From an uncultured bacterium (lineage in GTDB: Bacteria > Chloroflexota > UBA5177 > JANWHV01): a DNA stretch of 64,000 bases. The notes beneath the pieces were generated by a model, which ran no database searches, had not been told where the DNA came from, and saw nothing but the letters and a program-made list of their open reading frames with translations. The stretch covers positions 192,001 through 256,000 of the forward strand of contig CAWHAE010000016.1 of assembly GCA_963827235.1 (NCBI GenBank), given 5' to 3'. Made by a program: the position numbers and the translations under genes. Numbering within the stretch: position 1 is the first letter of the stretch; the number at the start of each line of letters is the position of its first letter. Below are positions 51,199 to 61,785 of this stretch, in pieces.

Positions 51199-52509
51199 CT
51201 ACGCTGTGGAACGCCGGCCGTGCTTCACGTGGTTATCGACGAAGGCAATGACCTGGCCTGCACCATCGAGCATGCGCTCGAAAATCGCGTCCGACACTGT
51301 CAGCGGCGGTTTGAGCTTGAATACGTTTGCGCCGAGACCGCCAAACTCCACGATCAAGCCCCGCTGGAGCGCGTAGTCACGTGCCGCGTTGCACGCCGCG
51401 GTTGCCGGTTCCCGTGTTGCGCGATCAACGACGAGGTCCACCCCCACGTACAGACCGGGCCCCCGCACATCTCCGATCACCTCGCAACGCTCAGCCAGGT
51501 CCTGGAAATACCTCGTGGCCACCGCACCAAGTTGCTGGGACCGCTCCACGAGACCCTCACTTTCCACGACCCCAATCACGGCGAGGGCCGCAGCGCACAC
51601 AACCGGGTTTCCCTGCGCCGTCAGCAGGTGAAATGGTGCATTTTCAACCTGCCTGGCCAGGTCGCCGCGCACAAGTGCGCCGCCGAAGGGCAGGCCGCCA
51701 CCAAACGCTTTCCCCACGGTGATGATGTCCGGTGCGAGGTCGTACAGCACACTCGCCCACAGCGTGCCGCACCTGCCGAGGGCGCTCTGGACCTCGTCCG
51801 CAATCAGGATGATGCCGTGCTTGCGACACAGCTGCGTCACGGCATGATAGAATCCGGGCTCGAAGACGACGTGTCCGGCAACGCCTTGCACCGGCTCGAT
51901 GATGAACGCGGCTATCCCCTCCTGATCGGCGGTGGCGTCCAGCTGCGCCAGTGCGTCGCGCCAGCCGATCGTGGCCTCCGGCCAGGTGCGATAGGGATCT
52001 CCCGACAGAACCTGCAGATAGCTCCTCATGCGCAGCCGGGGCGGGATCCGATCCCTGAGCCCGGGCATGCCGCACAACGACATCGTGCCGATGGATTGGC
52101 CGTGATACGCGCCTGTCAGCGAGACAACACCGTCCCGACCCGTCGCCGTCATGGCAATCTTGATCGCCGCTTCGTTCGCCTCACCACCACCTGAACAGAT
52201 GTACGTCTTGGTGCTCTCTAGGGGAGAGATCTCAGCCAGCTTCGTGCACAGCTCAATCAAGGGCACATTATCCAGGGTTATTCGTGTCGACACCAGCTTT
52301 GCCGCCTGCTTCTGAATAGCGTCAACGACAGCGGGGTGACTATGGCCCACCATCGCGGGACCCATGTTAGACGAGAGCAGATCAAGATACTCCCGCCCCT
52401 CCGTATCCCAATATTGGGACCCCTGCGCCCTTTCAAACACGATTCCTCTGTCGAACAGCGCAGAGTGCAACACGACGTTCTTCGCCTGGTCGGACAACGT
52501 GGTCATCAT
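51199..52509 (-). CDS. Class III PLP-dependent aminotransferase
   Basis: GREYLD, GH.HP, GGEANEAAIK, AYHGQS, FIIEPVQG, LIADEVQ..LGRCG, PDIITVGKAFGGG. Confidence 0.95.
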   Translation of the reverse strand: MMTTLSDQAKNVVLHSALFDRGIVFERAQGSQYWDTEGREYLDLLSSNMGPAMVGHSHPAVVDAIQKQAAKLVSTRITLDNVPLIELCTKLAEISPLESTKTYICSGGGEANEAAIKIAMTATGRDGVVSLTGAYHGQSIGTMSLCGMPGLRDRIPPRLRMRSYLQVLSGDPYRTWPEATIGWRDALAQLDATADQEGIAAFIIEPVQGVAGHVVFEPGFYHAVTQLCRKHGIILIADEVQSALGRCGTLWASVLYDLAPDIITVGKAFGGGLPFGGALVRGDLARQVENAPFHLLTAQGNPVVCAAALAVIGVVESEGLVERSQQLGAVATRYFQDLAERCEVIGDVRGPGLYVGVDLVVDRATREPATAACNAARDYALQRGLIVEFGGLGANVFKLKPPLTVSDAIFERMLDGAGQVIAFVDNHVKHGRRSTA

Positions 52510-52721
52510 TGATGATCTCTCCCCCTGTCCGCAGTAAACGCGGTGGCACACTCAAGCTCGGGAGGTCCCCGTTGTCAGGCTGCGGTACGCCTGGTCCCCA
52601 GCCGTGCTAGCCGCCACCTACATCCGCCTGAATGTCAGGCCTGCCAATCCCTGCTTTCACTTTGTACGATAAGGCACCTCAACAGTAAACCAGGCTCTGC
52701 TTTGGCAGGGCGGCGAGTGCG

Positions 52722-53470
52722 TCAAGACAGGTCTTTCGCTTCCTCGGCTAGAAACTGGTTCAGGACTGCCGTGCATATGGCGTGCTCGCTCTCCGGTACG
52801 ACGCAGACGGCCTCCGCTGCGTTCGCATTCTTGATCCCCTTGTAGACATACGTGCCGGAGATAACGACCCCATTACTCGGATATGGACTGTTCGACGGCA
52901 CGAGACTGCGGGAGTCGGGCGGGACGTACTCGCCGGCCGGGTCGTAGAAGGCAACAGCGACAGCGCTGAGGCGCCTTGTCATCTGGCCCAGCGGTTGCGC
53001 TGGACAGCTGAAGTGGTCTTGCGCTGCCGCCTTCCGCGCCGTCGCAAAGAATGGGCAGACAAGCGTCAAGATGCAGCCCGCGCAGGCTGACATCGTGACT
53101 GCCGTAACCCCCCCGGTGCCAATGCTTTATTCCTTGCCATACGGATGGTACACGCTGATAGAGCCGCTACCGTCCACCGCGATCACCGCGTGACAAGCGA
53201 AACCCTTGGGTCCAAGGATCTGGATAAAGCCACTTGTGGCCGAGTACCCACGAGATGGGCGGCGGTACTGGGCACGTCGGCCGTGGCCGCAACTGGCGTT
53301 TGCGGGGTATCGATACCGAGCGTTGTAGGACATACAATAACAGGCACTCTGGCAGCCGGCGCCGCGTCGGCAGAAGCGACACCGTCAAGGCGATAGTCCA
53401 GACGGGGTGTGTACATCGATGAGCATAGGGTGACAAGGGCACAAATCAGCAGCGTCGTCGTACGAGGCAT
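52722..53470 (-). pseudogene. Inactivated paralog of the secreted protein at 16751-17500
   Basis: Colinear DNA similarity; frameshift near 53245 and TAA at 53127-53129. Confidence 0.9.
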
Positions 53471-54199
53471 CGTGACCTCCGCGTCCTGCCGTCAACTTCA
53501 GAGGGTGGCAGGTGCCGTGCTAATCATACACACCGGCTCTAGGATTACAACGCCGACGCCTGCCGGCCCGGGCATGAGGTTGGGCGTCTTGCCCCTGCCA
53601 GTCACATCGCACTGCCATGGGTTGCCGGTGCGCAGATTCTCGTCGATGCCGCGCCTGCCCACGGCGTCCGCGACGGCAACGAGCGCTGGCTTCCCGCGCT
53701 GCAAACGGGCATTTCTTCAAATCACCGCTATTGGGGGCCGCACTACGTGAGGCCAAATGTGAGGGGCACCTTCGTGTCTCGAAAGACTCCAGATAGCAGT
53801 CAGGCGGCGCGCCTTGTAACCGCACTCTTGACGACGAGGCACCCGTCCAGTGCCGAGCACCAGAGAGATGCCTGACTATCACGTAGCACGGGTGACAGAG
53901 GGAGCGATGCCCGTCGCTTCCGCTCTTACCTGTCGGTGCGTGTGAGTTGGGCAATCAACCGGATCGCACCGACGTTTCTATCTAGGACGGCAATGTCGGC
54001 GTGAGCAACCGGGCCTCAAGCGCCGCGAGATAGGCCGTCGGCTCGCGGCGAAAGCGGCACTTGGCTGCGGGATTCGTGGCGGCAGGCGAGGGCAGCACGC
54101 AGGCTCCGCCACCGCTCCAGACTGTCCGGCCGCAAGTGGGCGCCATTATTGGACACGCACTGAGGTGCCTGGGTGCCCGACGTGCGGCTGGTGGCCGAA

Positions 54200-54340
54200 G
54201 CCCTGCCGCTGCCGGTGGCGGATGGCACCGATCAGGCCAAGCCGGTGCGCGTGTTCCCCTTCGACCAACCGGCCGACGCCCACCGCTTCCTGGAGTTCCA
54301 CGAGGCGAACGGCAGGATCGTCGTGGTGCTCCAGGGCGCG
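54200..54340 (+). pseudogene. Zinc-binding/quinone oxidoreductase C-terminal fragment
   Basis: PVRVFPFDQPADAHRFLEFHEANGRIVVV. Confidence 0.55.
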
Positions 54341-54786
54341 CGCGACAGCAAGGCGGCGGACGCGCCCGGACCAGCTAGTGCGGGCGGCAGCTAAGACGGA
54401 TCCCTGTCGCGGCGCCCGATGACCATCTTGGCGAATCCCGCCGATGACCGCACCACCAGGCCTGGCGGCGGAGTTGCAGCCAGACTTGCCCTCTTGGCGA
54501 AAACCAGCAGTACCGCTGTGGTCAGACCTTGTATCTCGGCGGACCAGTCGTAGACTGCGCCCATCATCCGGCGCAGGGTGACCTGGAAGTGCTGGAAGCG
54601 CCGCGGATCGGGCGCGTGCGACCCGACCGTGCCGGCGAGCACCAACCGCCGCCACACCGCCTGATGCGCGCAGTGCGAGTCGCTCTCACGTCTGCCGCGA
54701 CGCCTTGCGCCCCTTTCTCTGCGACGTTGCGCTCTTCGCCTCGGTCCAGCGAGCGCGGAGGAGCCTGCGTGCATGAAGCTGCAGGA

Positions 54787-56181
54787 TCATCGGTCCTCGA
54801 GCGAGGCGAAGAGATTGTTCAGCGATTCGGCAAGGGTTGGGTGGGCAAAGATGCCGTCGCGAAGCGCGGTGTAGGGGAGCTTGCCCATGATGGCGATCTG
54901 GAGCATGGCCATGATTTCACCGCCTTCCAGCCCGAGCACGGCGCAGCCGAGTATCTGGTCGCTCTCGGCGTCGACAATCGCCTTCATCACGCCGCGCGGC
55001 TCGTCCACTTCCAGCGCCCGTGCGACGTCGCTCATGGGCATTGTCGCGACGCGGATCTTCCGTCCCTGCCTGCGTGCTTCATCTTCTCCCAAGCCGACGC
55101 GACCGAGCTGCGGATCGATAAACACCGTATAGGGAACCAGGCGCCCTTTCGTGCTCGCCTTGCCGCCGTGAATGAGATTGGTGGCCAGTATGCGATAGTC
55201 GTCGTAGGAGATGTGCGTGAAGGCAGCACCGCCGTTGACGTCACCCACGGCATAGATGCCGGGCACGTTGGTTTCGAGGCGCTCGTCCACTGGAATCGTG
55301 CCCCGCTCGGTCATCTGCACGCCGGCGGCCACAAGATTGAGTGCATCGCTGTTGGGCGCGCGACCGGTCGCGACCAACAGATGCGTCCCCTGGAGCGCCT
55401 GCTCGCCCGAGGACGTGCGCACCGAAAGCCGGATCAGGCCGTCGCTGAGCTCGACGCGCTGGGCCGCGCTGTCGAGCATGACGTCGATGCCGTCCTCGCG
55501 CATAAGCGCCGCCACGGCATCGGCGACGTCCGTGTCTTCACGCGCGAGCAGGCGCGCGCCACGCTGCACAATGGTCACGCGACTGCCCAGTCGGCGAAAG
55601 AGTTGGCCGAATTCGAGTCCGACGTAACCGCCTCCCAGGATGAGCAAATGCTCGGGGACGGTATTTAGTCCCATAATGGTGGTGGAAGTCAGCCAGGGCA
55701 CGGCGTCGAGGCCCGGCACATCGGGTACGGCGGGGCGGGCGCCGGTGTTCAGAATGATCGTCTCGGCTTCTATCTCGATTGGATCACCGATAGACGGCGT
55801 GACCTGCAGCGTCTTCGGCGCCGTGAACCGCGCCTCGGCGAAAAGTAGATCCACTCCCTTGGCTGCTTCGATGCGCCGCTGGCTGCCTGAGCGAAAGCTC
55901 TCCACGATGGCGCGCTTGCGCTTGCGCACCGTGACCATGTCGATGCCGATGGGCCCGGTGCGCACGCCGTAGTCGGCGCCGCGCCGGGCGAGGTGCGCCA
56001 CGCGCCCGCTGGCGATCATCGTCTTCGTCGGCGTGCATCCTTCGTTGATGCAGGTGCCGCCGACATGCTCTCGTTCCACGAGTGCCACGCGTCTGCCGGC
56101 CCGGGCAAAGGCGGTGGCGAGTGGGCCGCCGGCCTGCCCGGCGCCAACGATAGCGACGTCATAGGAAGTGGACTGGGTCAT
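54787..56181 (-). CDS. Class I pyridine nucleotide-disulfide oxidoreductase (MerA/RclA-like, lacks the C-terminal Cys pair)
   Basis: GAGQAG, GGTCINEGCTPTK, GGGYVGLE, YAVGD, IFAHPTLAE. Confidence 0.93.
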   Translation of the reverse strand: MTQSTSYDVAIVGAGQAGGPLATAFARAGRRVALVEREHVGGTCINEGCTPTKTMIASGRVAHLARRGADYGVRTGPIGIDMVTVRKRKRAIVESFRSGSQRRIEAAKGVDLLFAEARFTAPKTLQVTPSIGDPIEIEAETIILNTGARPAVPDVPGLDAVPWLTSTTIMGLNTVPEHLLILGGGYVGLEFGQLFRRLGSRVTIVQRGARLLAREDTDVADAVAALMREDGIDVMLDSAAQRVELSDGLIRLSVRTSSGEQALQGTHLLVATGRAPNSDALNLVAAGVQMTERGTIPVDERLETNVPGIYAVGDVNGGAAFTHISYDDYRILATNLIHGGKASTKGRLVPYTVFIDPQLGRVGLGEDEARRQGRKIRVATMPMSDVARALEVDEPRGVMKAIVDAESDQILGCAVLGLEGGEIMAMLQIAIMGKLPYTALRDGIFAHPTLAESLNNLFASLEDR

Positions 56182-56949
56182 CGCGGGATCTCTTTCCTGC
56201 GCCAGCCGATTGTACGGTTCGCGCGAAGCCATACCGTTATCGCCTTCAGGATCGTGGTACCGCATCCGGCGCTATTTGATCGCCGGCTCGTTGACGCCTA
56301 ACCCGGAGCAACGGCAATGCGTGGACACCCTAAGCGGCCGGACATGGATGTGTGTCCGTCGTGCTGCAATGCCTCGATGCTCGAGGCCAGCATGCCGCTG
56401 ATCATGGAAGGATACGCGCGACGCCGGCCCCGCTGCCGCTGGCTACATGACCGAAACATCCGGCTTGAGCGCGTTCGTGCTCGAGGATGGACGAGGTTCT
56501 CGGCCGTTCCCTGCAGCCGCGTGGGCGGCGAACAGCGGACCGCCCGACGATCCCGGCGGAAAACAGGTAGAGGCGGCTCAGCGACCCGCGCAGGTGCCGT
56601 GACTGCGCGTGCCCATGTTTCGTGCTCGTATTGCTCGCATTGCTACGCTGAAATGGAGTCTGCAACATGTACGGCTACCGGCACCGCACACGCTCCGGCT
56701 GGACGACGATTGGCAACTCGGTTGGCTCAACATAGTGACCATCGACTGCTTCGTGGATGTCCGCCTCATGGCCTCCGCAAAGCGCCGCTACAGCACTAGA
56801 CGGTGATTTGGTACTGTAGAGTCAGGGGCACTTGGTGGCCCGCTGTCCGTGCCCACCCTCAGCGACTACGGCCGCGCCGCGCCCGGCTCAGGGATCCAGG
56901 TTGATTGCCGGAGACTTATGGCGTGACCGAGCGCGTCTGGGGGAGATGA

Positions 56950-59397
56950 ATGCGCGGCCCATCACGACAGCCCGGCGCGAACTCGCGCAGCGTTTCCACC
57001 GCAACCCGACGGCGTGCTCTGTTCTTGTTGGTCGTGTGCCTATTGCTTGCCCTTGGCTCCATTCTGCGGACCCATGCCGCGAGTCTCCCGCCCAGCGACC
57101 ATGCCCAGGTGTTGACCCCATCGCTTGGGCAAGGCGCGCCATCGCCTGACGCACGCCGGCAGACGCCCACGTCGACATCCACGCGCACTGCAACACGCAC
57201 ACCTACGGCGACGGTCACCCGCACCGCGACGCACACGCCCACCGGAACGGCCACCCACAGCGCGACGGCTACCCGTACCGCGACAGCCATTCACACTGCG
57301 ACGCGTTCGCCCACGGCGACCGCTACGTCGACGCCGACCAGTCGCCCGACTGTCTCTGCCACGCTTACAGTCGCGCCGACGCGTTCGGCTACCGTCCCCA
57401 CGTCGAGCAGCACGAGCACCCGCACGGCAACGAGCTCCGCAACCCGCACTGCTGCCGCCACCAGTACCGTTACCGCGACCAGTACCGCCGCGACAACTGC
57501 CACACGCACGAGCACACCGTCTGCGAGCGTGACGAGGACTGCCACTCCTGCGGCTACGCTCACGCGCACGGCGACCGCCACGGCGAGCAGCTCGTCGACA
57601 AGCACGATCACCGCCATCGTCACTTCGACTGCCACGCCGTCTGCCACCGCGACCAGCAGCTCGACGCCATCCGACACTGTCACGAAGAGTGCCACGGCGA
57701 GCCAAACCCAGACCAGCACGTTGACCGCCAGCCCCACGCCCACCGCTACGGCTTCACCCAGCAGCACGCCGGCGGCGAGCCCGACATCTACGGTATCGGC
57801 CACTCCCAGCGCGACCCATTCGGACACCGCCACAGCCAGTGATACACCGACAACTACCGCAACGGCCAGCCCCTCACCAAGCGATACTCCCACGGCGAGT
57901 CTCACTCCGGCGGACACTGCCACCAGTAATCCGACGGACACTGACACGCCAAGCACCACCGCGACGGCGAGCCCCTCACCAAGCGATACTCCCACGGCGA
58001 GTCCCACAGGGACGGGCACGGCGACCACCAGTCCGACGGATACCGGCACGGACACGGACACACCGAGCACCACCGCGACGGCCAGCCCCACGCCCAGCGG
58101 CACGCCCACGGCGAGTCCCACAGGGACGGACACGGCGACCACCAGTCCGACGGATACCGGCACGGACACGGACACACCGAGCACTACCGCGACAGCCAGC
58201 CCCACGCCCAGCGACACACCCACGGCGAGTCCCACACCGGCGGACACCGGCACGGACACTGACACGCCGAGCACTACCGCGACAGCCAGCGACACGCACG
58301 CCAGCGACACGCTTACGGCGAGCCCCACATCGACAGATAGCGCAACTAGCAGCCCGACTCCGACCACGACTGCCGTCTGGTCCGTGCGCGCCATCGGCTT
58401 GACGGCGCTCAGCCATGACTCCATCTGCGGGCAGTACAGCCAGACGGACATGACTCGTTTCGTCAGCTATATCTCCCAGCTCCACGCCAACTATGCCTCG
58501 GATGACGTGCCGTTCGACGACGCCGGCGGCTACACCTGCACTTTCGGTGGGGCGAGCGCCCCGCTGCAGCCGTACCAGTACCTGCTGGCCTGGGCGAATA
58601 CCATCCACGCCGCGGGCCTGCACGTGATCTTCCGGAGCAATTGGAATACGTGGGCGGGGGACTTCAACCAGCCCAAACTGTCCTACAGCACCTCACCCGC
58701 CGTTCCCTACGAGGGAAGCGGCGGCCTCGCCGCCGTGCTGGACGGCAGCGACACCGCGTCCTATATCGGCAAGACCTATCAGTGGATCCTGGGCCATCCC
58801 GGCGTGTTCCAGGACGGCGACATCTTCGAGCCCTTCGGCGAGCCACAGAACAACGGCATATTGAACGGACCGCCCGGTACGTCGGCCGCCTACTGCCCGA
58901 AAAGCATCTGCCAGTTCCCGTCTACCGCCGCGTTCAACCAGTGGCTCGCCGATTTCACTCAGGCCGATCAGGCGGCCTTCGCTGCCATCGGCAAGAACGT
59001 CACCGCTGGCTGGTTCGGCCTGGCCGGTGACTCCTACACCTACGTCACCCCCGCCGCACTTGCCTTCAGCTCAGCCTACAGCATGGACCACTTCTCGCAG
59101 AGCTTCTCCGATTTTACCAGTGGTATCGTAGCCAGCCACACCGCGTTCCCCTGGCTGCCCATGTCGCTGGAGTGGGGCGACATCAACGGTGCGGACAACA
59201 CGCGGCAGTTGGTTGCCGCTACCACGGACCAGTACCTCGGTTGGCTGGCGACGCAGTCCTACGTGAGCGGCTTCGACTACTGGTACCTGTGCGGCCAGGA
59301 TAACGACGCCGAGTCCGCCGCCGTGGACATCAACACCGGCCAGCTCACTCCGGCCGGGCAGATCGTCGCGAAGTGGTTTGCAGCGATGTCCGGCTAG
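56950..59397 (+). CDS. Secreted protein with a long Ser/Thr/Pro stalk and a C-terminal TIM-barrel glycoside-hydrolase-like domain
   Basis: Signal helix, roughly 400 aa Thr/Ser-rich linker, then HAAGLHVIFR, FGEP, MDHF, LEWG, GFDYW. Confidence 0.8.
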   Translation: MRGPSRQPGANSRSVSTATRRRALFLLVVCLLLALGSILRTHAASLPPSDHAQVLTPSLGQGAPSPDARRQTPTSTSTRTATRTPTATVTRTATHTPTGTATHSATATRTATAIHTATRSPTATATSTPTSRPTVSATLTVAPTRSATVPTSSSTSTRTATSSATRTAAATSTVTATSTAATTATRTSTPSASVTRTATPAATLTRTATATASSSSTSTITAIVTSTATPSATATSSSTPSDTVTKSATASQTQTSTLTASPTPTATASPSSTPAASPTSTVSATPSATHSDTATASDTPTTTATASPSPSDTPTASLTPADTATSNPTDTDTPSTTATASPSPSDTPTASPTGTGTATTSPTDTGTDTDTPSTTATASPTPSGTPTASPTGTDTATTSPTDTGTDTDTPSTTATASPTPSDTPTASPTPADTGTDTDTPSTTATASDTHASDTLTASPTSTDSATSSPTPTTTAVWSVRAIGLTALSHDSICGQYSQTDMTRFVSYISQLHANYASDDVPFDDAGGYTCTFGGASAPLQPYQYLLAWANTIHAAGLHVIFRSNWNTWAGDFNQPKLSYSTSPAVPYEGSGGLAAVLDGSDTASYIGKTYQWILGHPGVFQDGDIFEPFGEPQNNGILNGPPGTSAAYCPKSICQFPSTAAFNQWLADFTQADQAAFAAIGKNVTAGWFGLAGDSYTYVTPAALAFSSAYSMDHFSQSFSDFTSGIVASHTAFPWLPMSLEWGDINGADNTRQLVAATTDQYLGWLATQSYVSGFDYWYLCGQDNDAESAAVDINTGQLTPAGQIVAKWFAAMSG
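57839..58330 (+). repeat. Intragenic tandem repeats (unit up to 114 bp/38 aa)
   Basis: SDTPTASPTGTGTATTSPTDTGTDTDTPSTTATASPTP with two near-identical copies from 57982 and degenerate flanking copies. Confidence 0.9.
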
Positions 59398-59703
59398 CCG
59401 ATGGACGGCGAGGCTCGGGCAGGCGATCCGGGTCCCAATTCACCCCACGTAGATCGAGGGTGGGGCGGTAGCCGCGCATCCCCAGCTCGCCGGCTCGCGC
59501 AAGGCACTCCGCGTTCACATGGTCTGCATGGGCAAGCCGCAGTGAGCCTCACGTCCTCAAATCGGGCCGCGTTGTAGCTGGCGCTGCAGGGCTGCCCACT
59601 TGCCAGATGAACAGCCCTGATTGGTAGCTTCAAGCCGCGGCTGCGTATGGCGTGTCCGCGTGCATGCCTCGTGAAGGTATTGTAGGTAAGCGCAGGGTCA
59701 GGG

Positions 59704-61785
59704 TCACGCCGTGGGCCGGTGCAGAACGGCAAAGCGCAGATGGGCCGTGATAGTGTGCATGCCGTCGCTGCTGGTCGCCACGACGGTGATGTATGCCGTT
59801 GTGGGCGGCGTACCGTGTGCGGCGCCGGCCGGGGGCTGGTAGCTCACGATGAATACGACGAGGGAGTGCCCGGCGGAGTCCGCGGTGTCGGACGTGGTCT
59901 GGGTGGTGCCGTCGGCGTAGCTCAGCGTGTACGTGATGTGCGCGCCCGGCAGCCAGTGGGCGGAAACGGTCTCGCAGCCCGGCTGATAGGGCCAGGTGAG
60001 GTTGAGGTCGTGCGAGCAACTGGTAGCCACGGCGCCAATGATCGTATGGCGTTCGTTGTAGATGATGATCGGCTCAGTAGGTTGAGCGGTCGCGGTACTG
60101 GTCGCCAACGTCGTGCTTGCCGTGGGGGACGGCAGGGCCTGCGTGACGGTGGCCGTGCTCTGGCTCTGAGTCGCGGCGGAAGTTGGCGCCGGCGTGGCAC
60201 TGCTCGTGGCGGTCGCCGTCGGCGCGGTCACTACTGATTCGCCGGACGAGGACGATGAGCGTGCCGTCACGGTAAAAGCCGCACAAGTACTCACGGAGCC
60301 CAGGTAGCTTGCGTCGCCCGCATAGGTTGCCTGGAAACTGTAGGTGCCTGCCGCCAGAGCACCTGTCGAGCTCGAGTTGGGCACGATGCCGCTGGCGAGG
60401 CTGACCGCGCCGTTGGCGGCGGGACCGCCGCTGCAGGCGCCGTTGTCGAAGAGATCGTAGGTCAGGGTGCCGGTGGGAGTGAACCCGGTCACGCCGGTGA
60501 CCGTGGCCATGTCGTAGGCCGTCGCGCCGGACACTTCAGCACCCGACCATGCCGCGTTCGTGGCGGCATCGTCGACTACCGCGGTGGTGGTCGATGGCGC
60601 CTTGGAGACTGCAAACGTCTCGCAACTGCTCATTGCGTTCTGGAAGTTGTCGTCTCCGCTATACGTGGCCTGGAAGCTATAGCTGCCGGCCGCGAGCGCG
60701 GCAGTGGTGCTCGACCTGGGCGCCAGGCCATCGCCAAGCGTGACCGCGCCCGTGCCGGCGGGATCGCCGGCACAGCTGCCGTTGTCGAACAGATCGTAGG
60801 TCACGGTGCCGGTAGGCGCGATCTCCACCACGCTGGCCGGTACGATCGCGGTCGGCTCCAGGTTGCCGGGCGACAGCGAGGCGGTGTCGTAGGCCGTCGC
60901 GCCGGTCTCTTCCGTGCCCGACCAGTCATCGTTGGTGGTGGCATCGTCGACGGCGGTGCTGATCGAGATAGCGGTCCGGGCCTCCAGAGGCTCGCTGGTG
61001 CCCGTGATGCCGGAGTCGTTGTGGTCCGCGACGGTCACTGTCCAGTCACCTACATCGTTGAAGGTAACGCTGAACGTGCCGACGCCGCCCGACCAGGTCA
61101 CCTGGCTGGCCTGGGTGGGCAGCGTGGCGGTCGTGTCGCTGCTGCTGATGTCCACCGGCCCGGCGTAGCCAACCAGCGCCACATTCGTGCTGCTCTCGGC
61201 GGTGGCCGTGTAGGTCACCTCGCTACCAACGGCAGCGCTGGTGGCCGAGGTCTGGACGGCAAAGTGTATGGGCATTGGCCAGCCCTGCACCTCGGACAAT
61301 CCAATCCCGCTCGAGGCCTCGTCGTTCGACCAACTGCTGCCGGCGCCGCTGTCGATCACGGTGTAGGTGCCGCTTGGGATGACCGTGTCCGGATACGTCT
61401 CCCAGGTCGCACCATACTGGTCGCAGGTCACGGTCCATGGCCCGTAGGTGCCGCCGCCAGACTGCTGCAGGGCGATCGTTCCCGTCGTCGTGCAGGTTGT
61501 CCCGCGCAGGCTGTTGTGATAGTCCAGCACATCGAAGATCAGCATCGGGGTGGTGATGGAGAACGTAGGCGACCCCGCGGGGAATGTTGATTCAGAGTCG
61601 ACGTTCCCCGCATTCCAGTTGTTGAAGATGTCGGGTATGGCAGCGGAACCGGGCCCGGCACCGCCCGCGTGAATCGCCGTAGCGCCGCGCGAGCCTATTG
61701 CACCCAGAAGCAGCACTGCAAGCAACAGGAGAATGCGCCAGCCGCGTCCGACAAGGGATCTGACTGCCGACCGACGATGTGTCAC
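59704..61785 (-). CDS. Secreted surface protein with bacterial Ig-like repeats
   Basis: GAAAGGA RBS and GTG start, signal peptide, two copies of ATAYD.A...PTGT.TYDLFDNG.C...AAG.YSFQATY.GD, Thr-rich linker. Confidence 0.85.
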   Translation of the reverse strand: MTHRRSAVRSLVGRGWRILLLLAVLLLGAIGSRGATAIHAGGAGPGSAAIPDIFNNWNAGNVDSESTFPAGSPTFSITTPMLIFDVLDYHNSLRGTTCTTTGTIALQQSGGGTYGPWTVTCDQYGATWETYPDTVIPSGTYTVIDSGAGSSWSNDEASSGIGLSEVQGWPMPIHFAVQTSATSAAVGSEVTYTATAESSTNVALVGYAGPVDISSSDTTATLPTQASQVTWSGGVGTFSVTFNDVGDWTVTVADHNDSGITGTSEPLEARTAISISTAVDDATTNDDWSGTEETGATAYDTASLSPGNLEPTAIVPASVVEIAPTGTVTYDLFDNGSCAGDPAGTGAVTLGDGLAPRSSTTAALAAGSYSFQATYSGDDNFQNAMSSCETFAVSKAPSTTTAVVDDAATNAAWSGAEVSGATAYDMATVTGVTGFTPTGTLTYDLFDNGACSGGPAANGAVSLASGIVPNSSSTGALAAGTYSFQATYAGDASYLGSVSTCAAFTVTARSSSSSGESVVTAPTATATSSATPAPTSAATQSQSTATVTQALPSPTASTTLATSTATAQPTEPIIIYNERHTIIGAVATSCSHDLNLTWPYQPGCETVSAHWLPGAHITYTLSYADGTTQTTSDTADSAGHSLVVFIVSYQPPAGAAHGTPPTTAYITVVATSSDGMHTITAHLRFAVLHRPTA

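Noticed and set aside
54787-56181. Mercury resistance gene merA
   Set aside because: It lacks the C-terminal Cys-Cys pair and mer transport genes; the MerR in the window is 13 kb away and paired with a CMD gene.
57160-58370. Repeat array as a possible CRISPR, and the long Val-rich antisense ORF 57291-58451
   Set aside because: The repeats are in-frame coding repeats without unique spacers, and the antisense ORF is a mirror of Thr/Ser/Pro codons.
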